Assembly (NCBI GenBank): GCA_029564765.1
Contig: JAKQPK010000050.1
Span: forward strand, 18,977-82,976
Direction: 5' to 3'
DNA: 64,000 nucleotides
DNA from: Candidatus Omnitrophota bacterium
Lineage (GTDB): Bacteria > Omnitrophota > Gorgyraeia > Zapsychrales > Aceulaceae
A program made the position numbers and the translations under genes. The notes below the pieces were generated by a model. That model was not told the DNA's origin, did no database searches, and saw only the letters and a program-made list of their open reading frames with translations. This document shows, piece after piece, positions 42,301 to 48,912 of the stretch (position 1 is its first letter; each line of letters begins with the position of its first letter).

Positions 42301-44169
42301 TTTCGTATCGATAACGCCTACGACCCTTTTGTTGTAATAGACATAGCCCAAGGCATCCATTGGCCCAGGAGAACGATTGTCTCCAAGCTGAATCTTTATT
42401 TTCTTTCTATCCTGATTTTGCAGATGTTCTATGGGCCTATAAGTAAATTTTCCAGACAGATCACCTCTTTTTAAAAAATTCTGCATCTTGTCTTCCCTAA
42501 CCACCTCTTGCAGTTCCTTCGGAACGAAACTCTCAAACAATCTTGCAACTATTTCCTTTCGGTCTTTCTCCAATTTTTCACGATAATCTTTATTAACTTC
42601 AAAATCTTTATTACCTGCACTCTTGGGAGAATTTAAGGCTGCCAAATATTCAACAATCTCTGGATTGTCAAGCGCTACCTCCATTCCGGCAATGTAATCG
42701 TTGATCTCATCTGAAATCTTCCATGGCATCTTGTCTTTATTTTCATTATAAAACTTTTTTAAATCCTCAAAAGGGACGGCTTGCTTTAGATAAATGGGAA
42801 ACCACTCATATTGATAAAGATTCTCCTTTTCCGCGTTCGCCAAAGTCCAAGCATAGCCGTTCTTAACACTTTTGTTTAAAATGTCAGAATTTCTCCTTGC
42901 CTTCTCCTGAAGAGGATCATCTGGCATATAGCGATCAACAGAAGTTGTAAGATCATTAAGCTGGCTCCTATAGCTTTCTTCCTGGCTAGGATTTGCTAGC
43001 GCAACATTTGTCAAAAACATTGATCCAACAACAAAAGCGGTAACGGCTGTCTTAAGCGTTGACAAAGGCTTTGATAAAATGGAGGAAGAAATATTTTCTC
43101 CTTCAAAACCCCCGGAAAAATACTTGCGCGCAACTGGTTTCTTCGTTGCAGGGTCTTGCTCGATTCGCACAAAGTCACACACGCCTTTTTCAAAGGCATC
43201 CAGATATTGATCATAGATCTTTTCCGTGGCCTTGGGGTCATCCACATTGACACCTGCGACCTTATTTTTATCGCTGTAAACTTTATTTAGGATAGAGGTT
43301 TTAAGAGCTTGCTTGTACCAGGTCGCCAAGACCATCGCGTGATACATTTGGCGTAAAGTAGCGAAATTCTTGCCTTCGTTGACCTCTTTCTCTAAAAGAG
43401 GCAGAACGACTTCACGGACGACCCGGGAAGAAAGCTCTGAGGTCTTCTCAGCGCTCTCCTTGGATCCTTGCTGAGTCCCAAGCTTTTCACTTTGACTATT
43501 ATTTTCAAGCGACAGGTAGTCCTGCTCCAGCATAACCTTTAAATGACTTTCGGTCACAATCGCTCGGTCAGAATCTTCGTAAACAACGGCTCTGTCTGGC
43601 ACGATCCAAACTTTATTGAAGGTATTTACGGGGATCTTGGTTGTGCCAAATTCTTCATAAGCTTTTTTGTAAACTTTTACCCAAAAATCTTTACCTGTAT
43701 CGCTATCAGGATAAATGAGAGAAGCTGTAATCTGTTTTAGAATGTAATCTTGCGCTAAAAGGTCCCTGCCCATATCTGTCTGACCAAGGGACTCCGGGAT
43801 GATACGGTCATCTTCATAAGGAGAAAGGTTAACCCACAGGTCTTTTTCAGGGGTTGTAAGCGATGCAAGGAAATACTTCGCAAGCTTCTCGCTCTCGCTT
43901 TTAAGCTCATCGGCTTGAAGACCTGTGTTACCGCTATCGATAATAAAATCGAACCTGAGAGGATTGTCTGGGTAAACCTTAATACCGCGCAACATGACCG
44001 GCACAAAACCAGGGCTGAGGTTGACCATTGAGCCGGGAGCAGGGAGGCTAAAAACGCCCTGAGCCAAAGCTTGTGCAGGCACAGAGCTCATCAGAGTAAA
44101 TGATAATAAAAGACAAATAACAACTGTTTTAAACAGAAACGATGTCTTTTCCGTGGCTAAAAAAAACAT
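39319..44169 (-). CDS. Large (1616 aa) secreted modular protein: conserved-type N domain, AT-rich cargo with caspase-fold protease, C-terminal GGIDL module
   Basis: AGGAG RBS before the ATG at 44169; signal peptide ending AQALA; N domain WVNLSP...MGRDLLAQDYILKQ...KVWIVP...RKYFSGG; GHG/SSC dyad; VGGIDLN...GFVPVIINITP. Confidence 0.85.
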   Translation of the reverse strand: MFFLATEKTSFLFKTVVICLLLSFTLMSSVPAQALAQGVFSLPAPGSMVNLSPGFVPVMLRGIKVYPDNPLRFDFIIDSGNTGLQADELKSESEKLAKYFLASLTTPEKDLWVNLSPYEDDRIIPESLGQTDMGRDLLAQDYILKQITASLIYPDSDTGKDFWVKVYKKAYEEFGTTKIPVNTFNKVWIVPDRAVVYEDSDRAIVTESHLKVMLEQDYLSLENNSQSEKLGTQQGSKESAEKTSELSSRVVREVVLPLLEKEVNEGKNFATLRQMYHAMVLATWYKQALKTSILNKVYSDKNKVAGVNVDDPKATEKIYDQYLDAFEKGVCDFVRIEQDPATKKPVARKYFSGGFEGENISSSILSKPLSTLKTAVTAFVVGSMFLTNVALANPSQEESYRSQLNDLTTSVDRYMPDDPLQEKARRNSDILNKSVKNGYAWTLANAEKENLYQYEWFPIYLKQAVPFEDLKKFYNENKDKMPWKISDEINDYIAGMEVALDNPEIVEYLAALNSPKSAGNKDFEVNKDYREKLEKDRKEIVARLFESFVPKELQEVVREDKMQNFLKRGDLSGKFTYRPIEHLQNQDRKKIKIQLGDNRSPGPMDALGYVYYNKRVVGVIDTKILLYYSDQEIVSIFKVLNKPALAEEYIKWKQHITELRAQGKAGGYKDMDDWFFSNREWEEPSVDFSGISPSSQNEDGFTGETKEIIKDNFKDFLGETREYLESLKGKKINDSDIAHLTNLLGSITNLNDRFLKSSNINENMDLMENVLKKFPFEEMIEKSLTTESYEGLTYYISQAYDFLGPDYIQKILNNLNYRSLPTKLDREMLERYKNYLSYNNSRFNKYFAAMDISDLLNPEYIDDYLASFHPDAKKYMMENNIHHDQKQDRQSQLKKEYLTHEVDIDEWNDKIRATRFNKATHNIFNDGYNEFFSSIDQDIYSGLGFFRRTVPVSDFNWLIAQKIDPHRLWRELIVKEIIDTDADQQAGRFDFNDLFPSGQNRPTQSYILESLKDIFSNYKLKVSFSDPQSKVVLSENLVNEISQEFALNPIHFRKDIEQYNKNSVKNEISLKDLFNIIKFRTVISGLIVGQKQLSDEFKPYAERIAQTLIFQQNENIDQIKNVLREKGYISALGYSTGKYQGDLDALAKDLTLLSNNIIYLKGIGTYLEFLDIAPTDIVFKDLVSILKHASEGETEFSDLIVDIVDNAPAEVMLVIKQAFSFAKSQGFIDNLSNLSSSAKSYLQALEAGIFKASQLGPKVIDQIVDMRSNPVTLATKTQYTGTVLMVLPESDDNSAFDTEIDIIKSLLDHGYYIYFVSKSNINELKYEMEKFKDNKGVFDIVYVGGHGYTSFYGGTISNGLVLGEAKSQDQANEMIINDQSAPVLKDFLGPLLSKGGNVILSSCMGGIGLDWNKKNTGNVMRTIFPQAGKIFSADESISEVIIDFDEAGKIKQVKFKLGNKDVNVYESSVSWPALLLMLSSIGIRAVGYKNRGENVFLSGELYTAQDLFNITKEYLKSGHGTLQIFSSGISPENSDKVYLADSMQEGEQVGGIDLNATNLELRRTGSSPIQFNLPPEWQGVDLESIPGFVPVIINITPVADLYPLLGLEESSNKIFS

Positions 44170-44262
44170 CCTATTTCTCCTTTTTCTGACAAATAAAGTA
44201 TAGAACATACGCAGCTGAATTAAAGAGGCTAACATGGTTTCCAGGAAAGCGGTTCCTTGGAT

Positions 44263-44351
44263 CGCCATAATCGACTGGCGGCCCAAGGACTCCGAGCCAA
44301 CAGCGAAGGAGCCAATCACGCCATAATCGACTGGCTGCCCAAGGACTGCGA
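44263..44351. repeat. Tandem imperfect 33-bp direct repeat (31/33 identical, period 56) with hairpins
   Basis: CGCCATAATCGACTGGC(G/T)GCCCAAGGACT(C/G)CGA at 44263-44295 and 44319-44351. Confidence 0.9.
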
Positions 44352-44353
44352 AC

Positions 44354-44381
44354 ATTAAAAAATTTGAGAAACGGCTGGCAA
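44354..44381 (-). promoter_or_regulatory. Candidate sigma70 promoter for the large protein gene
   Basis: TTGCCA-N16-TTTAAT; the predicted TSS falls at the start of the upstream repeat copy. Confidence 0.4.
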
Positions 44382-44440
44382 AAAAATAGAAAAATATAAT
44401 TACATATTAAACTTTAACTTAGTTTCGCTTTACATATCTA

Positions 44441-44469
44441 TTGCTAATGATTTCTGATTTTTCTATAAT
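44441..44469 (+). promoter_or_regulatory. Sigma70 promoter of pncC-thpR (probably leaderless)
   Basis: TTGCTA-N17-TATAAT, 7 nt before the ATG at 44477; no SD sequence. Confidence 0.65.
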
Positions 44470-44476
44470 AACGATG

Positions 44477-44950
44477 ATGCAAATAGCTAAGAAAGTCGCC
44501 CACACTCTTATTCAGCGCCATCAAACCTTATCGGTCGCGGAATCATGCACTGGTGGCTTTCTCGCGCACACCTTCACCAATATCCCGGGCAGTTCACAGT
44601 TCTTCAAGCTTGGGGTCATCGCCTATGCCAACGAAGCTAAGACGATCGTTTTGAACGTGCCGGCGCAAACGATCGCTTCCAAAGGCGCTGTAAGCCTTCT
44701 GACCGTCAAGCGCATGGCCAAAGGTGTTCGCTCAATCCTAAAAACGGATTTCAGCGTGGCGATCAGCGGTATTGCTGGCCCAACGGGCTCTACAGAAAAG
44801 AAACCCATTGGCCTGGTCATGATCGCTATCGCCTCTCACAAGAGGGTCCGTGCGGCAAAGTTTCGTTTTCACGGCTCTCGTCTTTCCATCAAAAAACAAG
44901 CTACCGCCAAGGCGCTTAAGCTACTGTTAGCGCTTATCAATGAAAAATAA
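44477..44950 (+). CDS. pncC: CinA C-terminal domain / NMN amidohydrolase
   Basis: AESCTGG, YANEAK, GAVS, SGIAGPTG; standalone domain. Confidence 0.9.
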   Translation: MQIAKKVAHTLIQRHQTLSVAESCTGGFLAHTFTNIPGSSQFFKLGVIAYANEAKTIVLNVPAQTIASKGAVSLLTVKRMAKGVRSILKTDFSVAISGIAGPTGSTEKKPIGLVMIAIASHKRVRAAKFRFHGSRLSIKKQATAKALKLLLALINEK

Positions 44951-45512
44951 TTCCATGCGCGTCTTTGTAGGCATTGATCTTGATAAAAATATCAAGGATG
45001 CCATCAATGAATTGCGCCAAGACCTTAGATCCTGTAATGAGGATGTTCGATGGGTTGAGCCGCAGAACGCTCACCTGACATTAAAATTCATTGGAGATGT
45101 TAAAAGCGATAAGATCGATGATCTTTCTCGTACGCTGGTCGATACGCTCAAGGACGTAAAAGCCTTCACCATTAAAATAGATCACTTCGGTTGCTTTCCA
45201 AACGAAAAACGAGCACAAATATTATGGCTCGGCGTGAGCACAGGCGCCAAGAAGGCCGGACATATCGCGGAAATGCTCGAGCAGCGATTAGAACCGTTTT
45301 GTTCGGACAAGAATAAAAAAGTCTTTTTACCTCACATCACGATCGCAAAAGCAAGAAACGTAAAAGATCTTAACAGGGTTATTGCCCTTATCAAGGAAAG
45401 AAAACATATCCTATCGTTTCAGCAAAATGTTTCAAGCATCATCCTCTTCAAAAGCGTAATTAGTCCTTCTGGGGCAATATATAAAAAAATGATAAATGTA
45501 TATATAAGTTAG
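44940..45512 (+). CDS. thpR: RNA 2',3'-cyclic phosphodiesterase (2H family)
   Basis: RVFVGI, HLTLKF and PHITIA 2H motifs; follows pncC. Confidence 0.92.
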   Translation: MKNNSMRVFVGIDLDKNIKDAINELRQDLRSCNEDVRWVEPQNAHLTLKFIGDVKSDKIDDLSRTLVDTLKDVKAFTIKIDHFGCFPNEKRAQILWLGVSTGAKKAGHIAEMLEQRLEPFCSDKNKKVFLPHITIAKARNVKDLNRVIALIKERKHILSFQQNVSSIILFKSVISPSGAIYKKMINVYIS

Positions 45513-45731
45513 TTTATGCATATATTATGTTTTTCATGTCACTTAAAATTATTACGAGTAAGTCTGCGTAACTATATAGTAATATAAGTAATATACAATA
45601 TGATATTATGAGTAATAATGAGTAAATTTATATATAATTAGGTAACTAAGTAGGTGTTTCAATCATGATCACAAATTTATGAAAATATAATATAATATAT
45701 AATAAGTAATTATAGGTAAGTTTGAATAACT
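45513..45731. repeat. AT-rich (about 20% GC) intergenic region with phased GTAA motifs
   Basis: 43 G+C in 219 bp by manual count; nine same-strand GTAA cores, mostly 9-11 or about 20 bp apart. Confidence 0.7.
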
Positions 45732-46184
45732 CTATATTGATATGGTCCTGATCAGGACATGCATGAGGATGTTTGTATAAAGACCGGCAAGAAGATCATC
45801 TGCTATAATACCTATCCCCCCTCTAAGCTTCTCGAGGTGATTCGCGGGATAGATCTTGAACATATCAAAAGCTCTGAACAGAAAGAAAGCGATGATCAGG
45901 ACCTTTGAAGTAAGAGGCAATAAAAATAAAGCCACCATCATGCCTAGAACCTCATCGATAACAACGCAAGAAGGATCATGCTTGCCTACAATTTTCTCAG
46001 TCCGCTCAGATGCCAGAAAGCCAATGACCAACAGAACGGCAAACACCGCAAGATAGAGCGCGAGATTATGAGAAAGCGCGATGCTGATCATCGCACCGGC
46101 AAAACTTGCGACAGTTCCAGGCGCAATAGGGATCTCTCCTACATAAAAAAAAGTGGCTATCATTCTTGCTATCTTATTGACCAC
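45732..46184 (-). CDS. pgpA: Phosphatidylglycerophosphatase A
   Basis: APGT, DPSCVVIDEVLG, FRAFDMFK, GIIADDLLAG; GTG start inferred. Confidence 0.92.
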   Translation of the reverse strand: MVNKIARMIATFFYVGEIPIAPGTVASFAGAMISIALSHNLALYLAVFAVLLVIGFLASERTEKIVGKHDPSCVVIDEVLGMMVALFLLPLTSKVLIIAFFLFRAFDMFKIYPANHLEKLRGGIGIIADDLLAGLYTNILMHVLIRTISI

Positions 46185-46767
46185 GGCTTCCTTCCAATGA
46201 AACAAGATTACGGTTATTCCACAGATATGAAAACCCAGAAATAAGAGTTAGCGCGACTGTCACGACCATCGTTAGATTGATGCCAACGGTCCACCACAGC
46301 TCAACTGTGCTCGTCCAGCCCGACAAAGCAACAACAGATCGTTCAAAGATAATAAAACCAAGAATGATAAAAACAGCGGCTATCTGCGAAACGGTCTTGT
46401 GTTTGCCAGCTTTTTCCGCCGCGATCACTTTTTTCTTTGTGAGCGCGAACATGCGCAATCCTGTAATGAGGATCTCACGCGCCAAGATCAGCATCATCAT
46501 CCAATCAGCGATAATGCGCATTTGCACAAAAACAACAAAAGCAGATAAGATCAAAAGTTTGTCCGCGATCGGGTCCATCAGCTTGCCAAGATCATTCTCT
46601 AAGCCATACTTACGGGCAACATATCCATCAAAATAATCCGTAAGAGACGCGATCGTAAAGATGAATGTCGCGATAATGGCGGGCGCAACCCCCGGCTGAT
46701 GGATAAAAATAATAAAAACGAACGCGAGGATGATCCGTGAAAAAGTTAGTTGATTCGCTAGATTCAT
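46174..46767 (-). CDS. pgsA: CDP-diacylglycerol--glycerol-3-phosphate phosphatidyltransferase
   Basis: MNLANQLT, DYFDGYVAR...GKLMDPIADK, GKHKT. Confidence 0.95.
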   Translation of the reverse strand: MNLANQLTFSRIILAFVFIIFIHQPGVAPAIIATFIFTIASLTDYFDGYVARKYGLENDLGKLMDPIADKLLILSAFVVFVQMRIIADWMMMLILAREILITGLRMFALTKKKVIAAEKAGKHKTVSQIAAVFIILGFIIFERSVVALSGWTSTVELWWTVGINLTMVVTVALTLISGFSYLWNNRNLVSLEGSRGQ

Positions 46768-46772
46768 GATCT

Positions 46773-48101
46773 TTAATATTTTGCTAAAAGGTCGTATTCA
46801 CGGCTTGCAGTGATCTCTGCCCGGATTATGTCTGAGACCGCAAGGTTTTTTTTCGATTCCACGATCACAATGCCATCGACAGCAGGAGCATCGTATTGGC
46901 TTCGCCCTAAGAAAACATTCTTATCTTTCTTCTTGTCGATCAGGATCTGCAGGGTCTGACCGAGCAAACGCTTCAGCTTTTTCTTAGAGATCTCCTGCTG
47001 AAGACGCATGAGCGTATTATAGCGCTCCCGCTTTACTTTGTCAGGTATTTGATGAGGGATTTTTGACGCATCCGTCCCCTCTTGCGCTGAATACATAAAG
47101 ACACCTACGCGATCAAATTGAACATGACGGACAAAGTCGCAAAGCTCCTGGAACATCTTGTCCGTTTCGCCTGGATACCCGACGATGAAAGCTGTTCGCA
47201 AAGCCGCTGATGGCAGCATCCTGCGGATCTTATCGATCAAGGACAATGTTTGCTTTTTTGAGAAATGACGGTTCATGGAACTTAAGATACGATCATTGAT
47301 ATGCTGAAAAGGAACATCAATATATTGACAAATGCGCTCATTGTGGGCGATCGTTGATAATAGCTCATGCGTGATATGTTTCGGGAACGCATAAAGCAGC
47401 CGAAACCAACGGATATTCTTTGTCGCTTTTAAAAGTGCTCGCAAAAGCTTATCCAAGGACTTATCTCCATAGCAGTCCATACCATACGCTGTGATATCTT
47501 GTCCAATGAGATTAACTTCCTTGAAACCTTGCGCGTCAAGGATCTTGGCTTCCCGCACAATATCGGCAATAACGCGTGAGGCGAAACGACCCTTGATCTT
47601 CGGGATCACGCAAAAACTGCAATGATTATAGCAACTTTCGCAGATCTTCAAGTACGCATAGGACGCGGGGGTAAGGATCTTGCGAGTTGTCTTTTCTTGG
47701 GGCTTCAGGGAGCGGATACCGAACACATGATCCACGTCAGGAAATTCTTTTTGAAAAAGATGGGAATAGCGCTGAGAAAAGCATCCGATAATGATAATGC
47801 GCTCGATCTTCTTCTGCCGCTTAAGATCAACCAATTCAAGGATCGTGTCGATCGTCTCTTTTTGAGCATCAGCGATAAAGGCACACGTGTTAACGATCAC
47901 GGTATGCGCTGTGCTGAGATCGCTTAAGACCGCGCGCTGAACGCTGAGCTGTCCCAATAAATTCTCTGCATCCACAAGGTTGCGGGCACAGCCTAAATTG
48001 ATAAGGGCAACCCTTTCCAAGGGAGTGATCAGGCTTACAGCTTCCCTGGCGTCAGCCAAAGGAGCTTGGGGAAAGGATTTAATCTTCGATCGTAAAACCA
48101 T
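46773..48101 (-). CDS. rimO: Ribosomal protein S12 methylthiotransferase
   Basis: LGCARNLVD, NTCAFI, CYNHCSFC, TRAM domain with DAPAVDG; rodZ-rimO-pgsA synteny. Confidence 0.9.
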   Translation of the reverse strand: MVLRSKIKSFPQAPLADAREAVSLITPLERVALINLGCARNLVDAENLLGQLSVQRAVLSDLSTAHTVIVNTCAFIADAQKETIDTILELVDLKRQKKIERIIIIGCFSQRYSHLFQKEFPDVDHVFGIRSLKPQEKTTRKILTPASYAYLKICESCYNHCSFCVIPKIKGRFASRVIADIVREAKILDAQGFKEVNLIGQDITAYGMDCYGDKSLDKLLRALLKATKNIRWFRLLYAFPKHITHELLSTIAHNERICQYIDVPFQHINDRILSSMNRHFSKKQTLSLIDKIRRMLPSAALRTAFIVGYPGETDKMFQELCDFVRHVQFDRVGVFMYSAQEGTDASKIPHQIPDKVKRERYNTLMRLQQEISKKKLKRLLGQTLQILIDKKKDKNVFLGRSQYDAPAVDGIVIVESKKNLAVSDIIRAEITASREYDLLAKY

Positions 48102-48912
48102 CTTGATTAACGATGATTCTTTTGATGCGGCGGGTTGTTCGGGTAAAGGAGCTCTGCGGCTGGCCGTTCAACTCAAACTCAAGATCTGCAAGATTCTTGC
48201 CGGTGATCTCGATCGAATCGTTAGCCTGCCAAGACTCCGCAGCGCCTTTGGACAGGGTAAATCTTGATAGATCAACGCCGTCCATGCGAACACTGATCCA
48301 GGTTGCCTTTTTTGAGCGAACGGTCAAATTGATCTTTTGTTTCTTGCGCTTTTCGCTTGTCGCCAAGGAAGATGTGTTTTTTTGCGAAGCTGTTTGCGCA
48401 ACGGACACGGTTGAAGGTCGCTTTGCCTCGGTCGTCTTTTCAGCCTGCTTTTTGACCACGTCGGCCTTCTGAATGGTTTTCGCTTGGGGCTTTTCATCCT
48501 GATGAGGCCGGGATCTGATCCAGCATCCGGCAAGACGCACAACGATCAGCACAGCGATCAACGCCCCTAAGACCTTGAGCGTATTCTTGATCTGCACCCT
48601 TGTCATTAAAGGAGCGCTTTCATCTTCCCAGATCGTCTTTCCTTTATGGAATTTAACGGGCTGTGGTATCTGTTCGTCGTGATAGTCCTCAATGACCGCG
48701 TTGATATCCACTCCGAGATATTTCGCGTAAAGCTTAACAAATGCGCGATAATAAAAATCCGTCATCGTGCGGACACGGTAACCCTCTTCAATCGCCTTTA
48801 AAGAGTCAAGAGGGATCTTTGTCGCGTCTTGAACCGCTTCCAAAGATATTCCCTTAGCCTCTCTGGCTTGCTTTAAGATAAGGCCCTTCTGGGCACGATC
48901 AGCTAGCGCCAT
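48079..48912 (-). CDS. rodZ: RodZ-like HTH-TM-DUF4115 cell shape protein
   Basis: N-terminal HTH (LKQARE...FVKLYAKYLG), TM helix, C-terminal W..VRMDG...LNG domain; follows ftsK. Confidence 0.8.
   Translation of the reverse strand: MALADRAQKGLILKQAREAKGISLEAVQDATKIPLDSLKAIEEGYRVRTMTDFYYRAFVKLYAKYLGVDINAVIEDYHDEQIPQPVKFHKGKTIWEDESAPLMTRVQIKNTLKVLGALIAVLIVVRLAGCWIRSRPHQDEKPQAKTIQKADVVKKQAEKTTEAKRPSTVSVAQTASQKNTSSLATSEKRKKQKINLTVRSKKATWISVRMDGVDLSRFTLSKGAAESWQANDSIEITGKNLADLEFELNGQPQSSFTRTTRRIKRIIVNQDGFTIED

Noticed and set aside
44263-44351. CRISPR mini-array
   Set aside because: Only two repeats with a 23-bp spacer, no typical repeat end, and no cas genes in the window
44170-44355. 62-aa N-terminal extension of the large ORF (1678 aa in the track)
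   Set aside because: Strong RBS and signal peptide begin at the ATG at 44169; the extension overlaps the repeat element
44376-44390. Sigma54 promoter (TGGCA)
   Set aside because: No TTGC at the -12 position
45508-45535. dif site (CATATA-TTATGTT)
   Set aside because: Only 7/11 of the XerD arm match and there is no XerC arm; expected by chance in AT-rich DNA
44356-45731. Invertase-type inverted repeats flanking pncC-thpR
   Set aside because: Only 8-9-bp AT-rich matches, and no adjacent invertase
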